DNA from: an uncultured Bacteroidales bacterium
GTDB lineage: Bacteria; Bacteroidota; Bacteroidia; Bacteroidales; DTU049
Length of the DNA: 64,000 bases
Direction: 5' to 3'
NCBI GenBank assembly: GCA_964428185.1
Contig: CAYRXH010000001.1
Location: 13,219 to 77,218, forward strand
In this document: in pieces, positions 19,862 through 28,504 of the stretch
How positions within the stretch are numbered: position 1 is the stretch's first letter
How the letters are laid out: every line of letters begins with the position of its first letter
Program-made: the position numbers and the translations under genes
Notes under the pieces: generated by a model
The model's database searches: none
What the model was told of the DNA's origin: nothing
Seen by the model: the letters and a program-made list of their open reading frames with translations, nothing else

Positions 19862-20509
19862 ATGAAAAACAGAATAATTATTACTTGTATAGTAATGCTT
19901 TATTTAGCAAATAGTTTCCTATTCTCCCAAGAGATAGAATCTGCTCCCAATTTGAATCAAAATGCTTTTCTCAGAGAAGAGGCTTTTGATAATAAGTTTT
20001 CTGTTAAAGACACAATAGAGTTGTTTCTTGAAGATACTTCATTTTATATTATGATTGATTATGATCAATTAATTAATGAATTCAGAAACCAAAAAGATGT
20101 GTATAAATATTTTTCATCCTCGCTAGGTTTACAATTTCAATTTAGAGACAGTTTGCAGGATGGATTTTATTGTTTATACAATTTAACAAGAGAAAAAGCA
20201 AAAAAAATTAAAAACAAAGAGGAGTTTGTTTTAGCATCAGGAGAATTTAAAAACAAAATGAGAAAGGGTGCATTTACTTTCTATTACATTCCAGATAATC
20301 CGAAATGGACCAAAGCAGAAAAGACAATTTATTTTAAAGATGATGTAGTACACGGTGTAGTTATTGAAAAAGAAAATGATAGAATAGCATATTTGGGGGA
20401 ATATAAAATGGGTGTAATGCATGGGTTCTTCTATTATTACAATAATGGTGTTCCTGTAATTGTTTTATATGAAGATGGTGTGGTAATTAAGTCTTCTGAG
20501 TTTTGGTAA
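19862..20509 (+). CDS. MORN-variant/YwqK-like repeat protein (immunity-type) with a signal peptide
   Basis: Signal peptide followed by G-x-Y/F repeats (HGVVIEKENDRIAYLGEYKMGVMHGFFYYYNNGVPVIVLYEDGVV), as in the YwqK-family antitoxin/immunity proteins of polymorphic toxin loci. Confidence 0.5.
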   Translation: MKNRIIITCIVMLYLANSFLFSQEIESAPNLNQNAFLREEAFDNKFSVKDTIELFLEDTSFYIMIDYDQLINEFRNQKDVYKYFSSSLGLQFQFRDSLQDGFYCLYNLTREKAKKIKNKEEFVLASGEFKNKMRKGAFTFYYIPDNPKWTKAEKTIYFKDDVVHGVVIEKENDRIAYLGEYKMGVMHGFFYYYNNGVPVIVLYEDGVVIKSSEFW

Positions 20510-20521
20510 GATGATATAAAA

Positions 20522-21454
20522 ATGGAATTAATAATCAAACAACATAAAACTACAAAATTTAGTTTTTCTATTCTCAAGGAACTTGACAACGAAACTCAAT
20601 ACACCTATTTTGTTGAGCGATATTATGACAGCAATATCAGTATTTGGTTGAGTGCCAGCGTTGAGCGAAGTCGAAACGTTGACCCATTAGCACAAGAGCG
20701 CCCCTGGCTCTCTCCCTACAACTACTGCCAATGGAATCCGGTGGGGAGAGTGGATCCGACGGGGGCGTTGGATGGATGGGTTGAAGATGAGGCAAATCCC
20801 GATAAGGGAGTTTACTGGGATCCAAATATTAATTCACAAGCACAAGCCGATGCTGCAGGAGTTAAATATCACGGGCAGGAAGGCTGGGGATATAATGAGA
20901 ATACAGGCAACAGGATACATTACAAGACTGATGGCTTTTCAACCGAATCACTTACCACCTTGTCAACTCACAATGTGTATGGATTAAAAGGGTCAGGCAC
21001 TGTGACAAAAGCCATGGAGAAAAGCATGAATCAGGGTTATGATCCTGAATGGATTTCTGACTTTAATTATATGATGGAAACAATCATGTGGGCGATTACT
21101 ATCGAAATGGATATTATAATGCTTGGGGCATGGGCAACAGCAGTTGAGAGCCAATCAACAGTTGGGATGTTTTCTAAAACAACCATGAGGAAAACAACTG
21201 CTTTAGAAGGAGCAGTTAAAAATAATTATGGGCGTTTTGTTAAGGATATGCCTGTCAATGCTAAAGGTAATGCAAATTGGAGATTATTGGATGATGGATA
21301 TTATTTATTTGAAGCCACATCACCTGCTACTAAAATACCAGGTTCAAAAGCAGTATATCAAAAATGGGTAACTTCTCAAGGAGAAACTTTCAAAATGATT
21401 AAAACCACTTATGCCACTGATGGTAGTATTGTTCATGTTAAGCCAAAATTTTAA
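20522..21454 (+). CDS. orphan Rhs-core tip with a variable C-terminal toxin domain (CT2)
   Basis: Homology to the other modules starts at KELDNETQYTYF and runs to NPVGRVDPTGA, followed by a unique tail of about 228 aa. Contains a 7-codon insertion (SVERSRN) inside the conserved SIWLS-VDPL segment. Confidence 0.7.
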   Translation: MELIIKQHKTTKFSFSILKELDNETQYTYFVERYYDSNISIWLSASVERSRNVDPLAQERPWLSPYNYCQWNPVGRVDPTGALDGWVEDEANPDKGVYWDPNINSQAQADAAGVKYHGQEGWGYNENTGNRIHYKTDGFSTESLTTLSTHNVYGLKGSGTVTKAMEKSMNQGYDPEWISDFNYMMETIMWAITIEMDIIMLGAWATAVESQSTVGMFSKTTMRKTTALEGAVKNNYGRFVKDMPVNAKGNANWRLLDDGYYLFEATSPATKIPGSKAVYQKWVTSQGETFKMIKTTYATDGSIVHVKPKF

Positions 21455-21795
21455 TGAAAAAAAGAAAGCAAATACTTGTTGATCTGTTCAACTTAAAAGG
21501 CAACCTGAATGAGTTGCAATATGAATTATCCAAATATCCTTGGGATTCAGAAACTCCTTTAATTTTAGTAAAAAAAATTAATTTTGTGAATAGTCTATTA
21601 AAATTTCTAAATAACGATTTGCTCTTTTTAGAAGTTGAATTTTGGGCAAATATCATAGAATGTAGAGACGATATTGAATTTGAGTCTGAAGATATAAAAG
21701 AGTATATTTTTGAATTGGCAAATCCATATTTATATGGTGAAATAACTAAAGAGAAATTAATTGAAATTATTCAAAATATCCAATTAAAATTATAA
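21454..21795 (+). CDS. candidate cytoplasmic immunity protein for CT2
   Basis: Its ATG overlaps the toxin stop (TAATG). 113 aa, no signal peptide, no recognised family. Confidence 0.5.
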   Translation: MKKRKQILVDLFNLKGNLNELQYELSKYPWDSETPLILVKKINFVNSLLKFLNNDLLFLEVEFWANIIECRDDIEFESEDIKEYIFELANPYLYGEITKEKLIEIIQNIQLKL

Positions 21796-22803
21796 ATGTC
21801 TCCCATAAAACATATCTCTAATCTCGGCTCCGCCTCTTTCATCACCGATGCCACCGGCTATGCTGAACAGCATATACAATACCTGCCCTTTGGCGAATTG
21901 TTTATCAGCCAAAGAAACAGCACTTTTGATTCGAGATATAAATTCACCGCAAAGGAACTAGATAATGAAACGCAATATACTTACTTTGGTGCGAGGTATT
22001 TGGATTCGGAAGTGTCGATATGGTTGTCAATAGATCCCCTCAGCGACAAATACCCCAGCCTATCGCCCTATGCGTATTGTGCTAATAATCCAGTGATATT
22101 GGTGGATCCGGATGGGATGAGAATTAACAGGGCTAATAGTGTTGGTCTTAGAGATTATCGTAGGTCGTTAAAATCTACTAAAGAAGGTCGCGAAATTTGG
22201 AAAGGGATGAAAAGATCAAGCACTTTGATTTCTGTTATTTATTCAAATGACGTAATAGTTGATCAAACCCATAATGGACACTTTGTATTATCAGGTGCAT
22301 ATTTACATGATGCTAATACCACAACAAGAAACAGTGGAAGGAATTCAAGAGGGCAGACTAAAACTGAAACTTATTTTAGGGATGGTACTGTTTATGTTTC
22401 AATGGGAACATATCAGGCTCAACAGGAAATTATGCAGATTTATGGAGTGCATAATTGGGATGATTTAACTGATGGTCAAAAACAAGCTGGGCTACAGCAA
22501 GTATTATCTTCAGGGAATTACACTTTGCGAAATATTAACGATTGGTCAATCGTCAACCCAAATAATGTAAACATTGCAACAGGATCAAATCCCGATGCAG
22601 ATTATATTATTACTCCACCAATTGATGGGGAAACCAGACAACAGTATTCTGAGCGAGTTTCTGCACATGAGGGTCGTCATAGTGTTAATGCAAATTGGTT
22701 AACCAGTATTTACAATAGGAGTCGTTCAGAATATAGAGACAGACAAGAAAGAGCTGCATATAGAACTGAAAGTAAAGTTATTAATGAACAATTATCAAGA
22801 TGA
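21796..22803 (+). CDS. orphan Rhs-core fragment with a C-terminal toxin domain carrying an HExxH motif (CT3)
   Basis: LGSASFITDATGY, QYLPFGE, YFGARYLDSEVSIWLSIDP and NPVILVDPDGM, followed by a unique tail of about 228 aa with HEGRH at nt 22666-22680. Starts immediately after the preceding stop codon. Confidence 0.75.
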   Translation: MSPIKHISNLGSASFITDATGYAEQHIQYLPFGELFISQRNSTFDSRYKFTAKELDNETQYTYFGARYLDSEVSIWLSIDPLSDKYPSLSPYAYCANNPVILVDPDGMRINRANSVGLRDYRRSLKSTKEGREIWKGMKRSSTLISVIYSNDVIVDQTHNGHFVLSGAYLHDANTTTRNSGRNSRGQTKTETYFRDGTVYVSMGTYQAQQEIMQIYGVHNWDDLTDGQKQAGLQQVLSSGNYTLRNINDWSIVNPNNVNIATGSNPDADYIITPPIDGETRQQYSERVSAHEGRHSVNANWLTSIYNRSRSEYRDRQERAAYRTESKVINEQLSR

Positions 22804-23894
22804 AGAGGACAACACTACTGATTTCAGTGTGCTTGGTTTATTTTGTGGGTTTTTCTCAAAACACAAATTATAAGCTTAATATTCATAAAGACGATAGTAA
22901 TAATGGTTGTTTACGATATGACTTATCATTGAATGATGTGCAAATATCAAGCAGCACACAATCGGCTGAATTTAAGAGGTTTATATCTAGCAGCGAAAGC
23001 ATTAGCGTACATTTTCAAAATCTTAATAATGAAGAAATACATTTTGTAATAAATGAGTTTTCTGATGAAATGGTATTGAAAGTGAAAGAGCTTTGCATTG
23101 CTTTTTCGTCTTTAAATACTAGCATGGATGTTGCACCTATCTCAAAATTTAAGAATCTTGAATTATTGAGTTTTCAAAATCCTTCAAACATTGATGTGAA
23201 ACAAAAACTATTGTTGCATAATATAGAGGAGCTGTGTAAACTGAAAAATCTTGTGTATTTAAGTTTACCCAATACCAATGTAAATCAGTCATTCAAAATA
23301 TGTTGTTTTGAGAGCTTGAAGTTTCTTGATGTTTCTTTTTCAAATATTGATGTAGAATGGCAACTAATGAAGAATTGCTCTAGTCTGAAACACTTGATTT
23401 TTGGCAATATCAATAACAAAATTGTTTCAGAATTTATTTCTGAAATTGCTTGCAACAAAACTTTAAATGAGATTACTCTAATTATTCAAAACAGTAAACA
23501 AATGCAACTTCTTTCAAGTTTTTCAGGAATTGAAAAGATAAATCTTGTTTTTGGTTTTTCCATATCAGAGAAGAAGTTAGATGAAACTTTTGTAAGTCTT
23601 TCAAAAATTGATAATCTTAGATCATTGCATATTAAGGCAGATTCACAAAAAAGAGCAATAAGAAAAATTCCAGAATCAATTCAAATGTTGCAGGATATTG
23701 AAGAATTATCAATTGATTTTCCCTTATCGGAAATTGATAATCTTTCTATTAAAAAACTCAAGTTGTTAAGGCTTTACATAAGTAATTCTCATTATTTGCT
23801 AGATGGACAATCAGAGTCCTTTAAGAAAAGAAACCCTGAAGTTGAAATTATTTTTGAGAATGATGTTTTTAAATTATCAACAACAATAAACTAG
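22800..23894 (+). CDS. leucine-rich-repeat protein with a signal peptide (candidate immunity for CT3)
   Basis: ATGA overlap with the CT3 gene. Signal peptide LLISVCLVYFVGFSQ. Repeated LxxLxLxxN-like units (LKNLVYLSLPNTNV, LKFLDVSFSNI, LKHLIFGNI). Confidence 0.55.
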   Translation: MKRTTLLISVCLVYFVGFSQNTNYKLNIHKDDSNNGCLRYDLSLNDVQISSSTQSAEFKRFISSSESISVHFQNLNNEEIHFVINEFSDEMVLKVKELCIAFSSLNTSMDVAPISKFKNLELLSFQNPSNIDVKQKLLLHNIEELCKLKNLVYLSLPNTNVNQSFKICCFESLKFLDVSFSNIDVEWQLMKNCSSLKHLIFGNINNKIVSEFISEIACNKTLNEITLIIQNSKQMQLLSSFSGIEKINLVFGFSISEKKLDETFVSLSKIDNLRSLHIKADSQKRAIRKIPESIQMLQDIEELSIDFPLSEIDNLSIKKLKLLRLYISNSHYLLDGQSESFKKRNPEVEIIFENDVFKLSTTIN

Positions 23895-24080
23895 AAAATA
23901 ATGTAAGCTTCCCCAATTTTCGGTCCATTCAAAATTTGAGTTTCAAAGATGATCATTTTTTGATAGAATTGCTTCAGATGTTTTATAATTCAAGGATTTA
24001 GGAGACCTTTGATAAGTATGTAAATTTTAAAAAGTTCCGGCAACGGGGCTTTTTTATAAAATACCCTGCAACTTCGTTTC

Positions 24081-24172
24081 TTGTTTATCCACACTGTGGG
24101 TAACCATATCTTTTCATTTTGGTTTTATTGACATTGAAGCTTGGAGTTTATCATGCAAAGGGTGAGGCTAGT
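24081..24172 (+). repeat. 92-bp direct repeat, right copy, bracketing the toxin islet
   Basis: Aligns with 17805-17896 with a handful of mismatches. A partial third AAAGGGTGAGG motif lies at about 24378-24392. Confidence 0.85.
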
Positions 24173-24539
24173 GATGGGGTAACTTCTCCAAAATGCGACC
24201 ATTTAATAATGAAATTATTATTTCATTGTTCACAACATGTTTTTTCTGTGTCAACAACTGTCTCAACCATTTTTTTTTACTTTGCAGTTTGTAAAAAAAT
24301 CCCTTGCCACCATGTGGCAACATCAGTGTCCATGTCCGGAAGGCATGGTACAAAAAATCAGCCGACCTTTGAGCACTGAAAGGGTGAGGTCTTATTTTTC
24401 AAATCCTGATGTTTTTTGATAAGAAAACGCAGTGATGCAATTCTTTTAAAAAATACTCAGAGGATTTTTTACTTGTGCATATTGATGCAGTCAAAATTTC
24501 ACGAAAAAGCAGTAACTTTACGTCATAATACTTTTGTTT

Positions 24540-27314
24540 ATGAAAGCAAATGTGTGTTCCATTACAATATTCTTCTTGTTTTCAGTAATGACAGGACCTC
24601 TGGCACAGAATTCTTCTGAAATCGGCTATCTGTTCGATGGCACTCTTATTGTTAGGGTGAAGGATGAATATAGGGGGCTTTGCGGAGAAAGGTATATTTC
24701 CCATCCCATGTTTCAGGCTGTGTTTTCTGAAACGGGAGGAATAAAAGTTGAAAAAATGTTTCCTCTGCACAAACAACCGGTTGAAAAATATAATCAATAC
24801 GGAGATGAACTGGTGGATCTGAGTCTGATTTACGTTGTAGCCTTTTCCCCTGACATTTCTCTTTCATTAGCTTCACATTTGTATTTAACAACAGGAATTT
24901 TTGAGTATGTAGAACCATATGTGATTCCCGAATTGTTGTATACACCAAATGATCCTCTCATTGGCAATCAGTATTATTTGAACAATATCAAAGCGTATGA
25001 TGCCTGGGAAATATGGAAGGGAGATACCAACTATGTGGTCGGAATTACTGATACAGGCTATGATTTTAATCATCCCGACCTTATTAGTGCGGTGAAGTAT
25101 AACTATAATGATCCCATTGATGGAATTGACAATGACAATGACGGCTACACTGACAATTATAGAGGATGGAATCTGGGTGAAAACTCGAATAATCCACAAT
25201 ACGGTGCTCTTGGTCATGGAATTCATGTGTCGGGGATTGCAGGAGCTACAGTAGACAATACCTTTGGAATAGCAGGAGTGGGGTTTAAAACAAGAATTTT
25301 ACCGGTGAAGATAGACAACCAGATGGGAGCATTAACCATGTCGTATCAGGGAATTGTTTACGCGGCTGATCATGGGGCACACATAATAAACTGCAGTTGG
25401 GGAAGCACTTTTGGAATGGGACAGTTCGGACAGGATATCGTGAATTATGCTACCTATAATAAAAATGCCCTTGTTGTTGCAGCAGCAGGTAATTCAAACA
25501 ATGAACTGCTCTTCTATCCGTGTTCATATCAGAATGTGATGTGTGTTGCGGGTACAAAAGCAGATGATTCAAAGTGGGAAAATTCAAGTTATTACTATCG
25601 TGTTGATATCTCAGCCCCCGCTCATAATGTGTATTCAACTTGGGCTTCGGGCACTTTTGTGTATTCAGGGGGCACCTCTATGGCATCTCCTGCAGTTGCC
25701 GGTGCTGCTGCACTGGTGTGGTCATATTTTCCAGAGTTATCTCCCTTACAGGTGTTGCAACACTTGAAGAATACTGCCGATGTCATTGATACATTATCAC
25801 AGAATTTGGTTTATGCTGAAAAGCTGGGGTATGGACGCCTGAATATGTACAGGGCTCTCACCGATACCATGTTACCGGGTATCCAACTGAGATCACTTGA
25901 TGTTACGGATAACAACGATGATGTGTTTGTCATGAATGATACTTTGTACCTCACCGGTCATTTCATCAATTATCTTGCTCCAACCCAAAACCTTCAGATA
26001 CACCTGTGTTCTTCGTCTCCTTATATTCAGAGCATTGATACAGTATTTATTGCCGGTGTTCAGCCAAACATGGCTCAATTCTCAAATCCTCAACCATTCA
26101 AACTCAAACTGCTTCACGGCATCCCTTCAAGTCACAAAGTGCAACTAAAATTCTGTTATAATGATCCCGGATACACAGGACGTGATTATTATTATTTTAC
26201 TGTGAATATTGATTTTCTTGACCTTGATATCAATAAAATCACTACCACAGTCACCAGTAAAGGGACGCTCGGCTATAATGATAATGTCAATTTTCAGCAG
26301 GGCTCAGGATTTTCCTATGACAATTCTTCTTCCATTTCACAGTGCTCTGGTCTTATGTTTGGAGTTGCCAACAATCAGGTTTCTGATAATATTTATGGGT
26401 TTACTACTTCATTTGAAAGTGACTTAGTTCCGGTACAGACAGTTTCATATATTGATCCTCCTTTGAAGGGAGATCAACATATTTCGGGAGTTTTTAATGA
26501 TTCAGGTGCTGCGACAGGCACGATGAATGTTGAAGTGATACATGAAGAATACGCATGGAGCAATCCCGACAGAGAAGATTTTATTATACTTGAATATTAC
26601 CTCGTAAACAATGGAACTACTGACCTGAGTAATATGTATGTTGGATTTTTCAATAACTGGGAACTGAAAATTGCCAGCCAGAACAGAGCATCTACCAACG
26701 CAACCGAAAAATTTGGTTATGTGTACAGTCTTGACAGTTCTTTGTATGCTGCTGTTCAACTGCTAACTCTAGGCAATTTCACTCATTATGCTATTGATAA
26801 TGACGGACAGGATGGTAGTGTCAATCTGAATGACGGATTTTCTTCAACAGAGAAATTTATCTCACTCTCAAATACAAGAAATACAGCCGGAAACTATCAG
26901 TTCGGAAATAATATCTCCTCTGTTGTATCAACAGGCCCCTATCTTATACAGCCAGGTGATACGCTACATATTGCTTTTGCTATCCATGTGGAGAGCAGCT
27001 ATGTTGAACTGTTAGAAAGTGTTCAGGAAGCTTCTGATGCATGGGAAAGCATAGAGGAACAGAGTATTACAGAGTCAAATACAGAAATAATTTCTGTGTA
27101 TCCCAATCCATTTCAAGAGCAGCTTCATATTTGTCTGAACAATGACTTTTTCGGAGAAGTGACACTCACTGATATAACAGGAAGTGTTGTGATGGAATTG
27201 AAAACCGGCCCCGATCATTGCTATCTGCTTGAAACCGGAAAACTGCAACCAGGCATTTATATTTTGAACTGCAGAGGGCAGGATGCATCTGTAAAAAAAC
27301 TCATTAAACTCTGA
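24540..27314 (+). CDS. S8 (subtilisin-family) peptidase with a T9SS C-terminal sorting domain
   Basis: Catalytic triad contexts ITDTGYDFNHPDL, HGIHVSGIAGA and GGTSMASPAVAGAAAL. C-terminal VYPNPFQEQLHI...GIYILNC tail. Signal peptide runs from the ATG at 24540. Confidence 0.85.
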   Translation: MKANVCSITIFFLFSVMTGPLAQNSSEIGYLFDGTLIVRVKDEYRGLCGERYISHPMFQAVFSETGGIKVEKMFPLHKQPVEKYNQYGDELVDLSLIYVVAFSPDISLSLASHLYLTTGIFEYVEPYVIPELLYTPNDPLIGNQYYLNNIKAYDAWEIWKGDTNYVVGITDTGYDFNHPDLISAVKYNYNDPIDGIDNDNDGYTDNYRGWNLGENSNNPQYGALGHGIHVSGIAGATVDNTFGIAGVGFKTRILPVKIDNQMGALTMSYQGIVYAADHGAHIINCSWGSTFGMGQFGQDIVNYATYNKNALVVAAAGNSNNELLFYPCSYQNVMCVAGTKADDSKWENSSYYYRVDISAPAHNVYSTWASGTFVYSGGTSMASPAVAGAAALVWSYFPELSPLQVLQHLKNTADVIDTLSQNLVYAEKLGYGRLNMYRALTDTMLPGIQLRSLDVTDNNDDVFVMNDTLYLTGHFINYLAPTQNLQIHLCSSSPYIQSIDTVFIAGVQPNMAQFSNPQPFKLKLLHGIPSSHKVQLKFCYNDPGYTGRDYYYFTVNIDFLDLDINKITTTVTSKGTLGYNDNVNFQQGSGFSYDNSSSISQCSGLMFGVANNQVSDNIYGFTTSFESDLVPVQTVSYIDPPLKGDQHISGVFNDSGAATGTMNVEVIHEEYAWSNPDREDFIILEYYLVNNGTTDLSNMYVGFFNNWELKIASQNRASTNATEKFGYVYSLDSSLYAAVQLLTLGNFTHYAIDNDGQDGSVNLNDGFSSTEKFISLSNTRNTAGNYQFGNNISSVVSTGPYLIQPGDTLHIAFAIHVESSYVELLESVQEASDAWESIEEQSITESNTEIISVYPNPFQEQLHICLNNDFFGEVTLTDITGSVVMELKTGPDHCYLLETGKLQPGIYILNCRGQDASVKKLIKL

Positions 27315-27324
27315 AAAACTTCTT

Positions 27325-28173
27325 GTGAGCTCAACTCAGGAAAAGAAAATCAAAAGGCAGATACTGGTTCTGTATGATTTCAGCAGCACTTCTGAAAATG
27401 CACTCGCTCATGGAATATCCATGTGCAAAGCTCTGAAATCTTCATTGACAATAGTGTTTCCATTCATTAAATCGGACAGTCAGGATAGACGAAATGAACT
27501 GAAAAAGGCGCTGAGGGAAAAAATTACACAACTCATAGCACAGACTCAGCTGGAAATTCAGGCATTTGCTCCCGATAAACCAATTTATTCATTTTACAGA
27601 CCCCTGTATGAAAAAGTTGAGGGAATTATGTATGTGATTGGGATACAGGGAAAACATTTTGCCTGTGGTATTAGGATGAAAATGTTCCTGAAAATGGTGA
27701 GAAATTCCAGAATTCCATGGCTTACTGTCCCTGCCAGTGCTGCTGTCAATTCCTTTTCGCATGTGATATTGCCACTTTCATACAACCGGCAGGTCAAGGA
27801 AAAAATTGCATGGGCATCATACTTCCATCGCCTGAATCAGTCGGCAATTCATGCTATAGTTCCATCAGCAAAGGATGGGTTTATTAAAATCGGAATTTAT
27901 AAAAACACCGAATTTCTGAAGAAAATGTATGCCTCACTTGAAATCTACTACAAGCTGATTGTCACTGATAAAAATATTCATGATATCACAGGATATGCCT
28001 TGTCTTATGCTTCAGAACATAACGCAGCTCCTTTAATTACGCTGGTTACTCCCAGACCCGATCTGTTTGATGTATTGTTTGGAGCACCAGAAAGAAAAAC
28101 AATTATGAATCAACACAATATTCCTGTCTTGTGTATCAATCCTCTGGATGACATGTACGTTGTTTGTTCATGA
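27325..28173 (+). CDS. tandem universal stress protein (UspA)-like protein
   Basis: 282 aa with a GTG start and two alpha/beta USP-like halves (ILVLYDFSSTSENAL..., HVILPLSYNRQ...). The assignment is tentative. Confidence 0.45.
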   Translation: MSSTQEKKIKRQILVLYDFSSTSENALAHGISMCKALKSSLTIVFPFIKSDSQDRRNELKKALREKITQLIAQTQLEIQAFAPDKPIYSFYRPLYEKVEGIMYVIGIQGKHFACGIRMKMFLKMVRNSRIPWLTVPASAAVNSFSHVILPLSYNRQVKEKIAWASYFHRLNQSAIHAIVPSAKDGFIKIGIYKNTEFLKKMYASLEIYYKLIVTDKNIHDITGYALSYASEHNAAPLITLVTPRPDLFDVLFGAPERKTIMNQHNIPVLCINPLDDMYVVCS

Positions 28174-28250
28174 GTTTTTTATACCGCAATTTTTGAATGA
28201 TTGACGACATTGTTAATCATTATTGTCCGATAAAAATAAATATTATGTTT

Positions 28251-28400
28251 TTTCAAAACATAATATTTTGAATATGAGTATTTTATGTTTTACAAATTTG
28301 CCATTTTCAAAAGTAAGCCAGCTTGTAGAAGAATCTCAAAAACCCACAATATCTTTAAGGCTTTTCAAACTTTAAATGTTTTTTTCCCCGTACAATAGTG
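28251..28400 (+). repeat. 150-bp conserved noncoding element, copy 1
   Basis: Roughly 90 percent identical by eye to 58877-59025 in the same orientation. Its left edge is the right arm of a perfect 14-bp A/T-rich hairpin (28238-28268). Confidence 0.85.
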
Positions 28401-28504
28401 CTTATTTTGCAAAAATTTGAGTTGTCGGAGTGGGCTCAACATTTTAAAATTTTTAATTTATTAAGTTTGATTTTAACTACATTTGCAAAAATTTTCAATC
28501 TTCC

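Noticed and set aside
17805-24172. Interpreting the toxin islet as an integrative mobile element or prophage remnant.
   Set aside because: There is no integrase, transposase, relaxase or phage gene within or next to it, and the nearest tRNA gene is 17 kb away. Only the direct repeats support mobility, so it is reported as a repeat-bracketed islet instead.
24529-24536. TACTTTTG match immediately upstream of the S8 peptidase as its promoter.
   Set aside because: It ends only 3 nt before the ATG at 24540, so a transcript starting about 7 nt downstream would miss the start codon. It is probably a chance match, and the real promoter lies further upstream.
24119-24619. Three overlapping small ORFs (24119-24379, 24237-24419, 24416-24619) in the spacer between the LRR gene and the S8 peptidase.
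   Set aside because: They have no motif and mutually overlapping frames. One begins inside the 92-bp direct repeat. They are more likely noncoding spacer.
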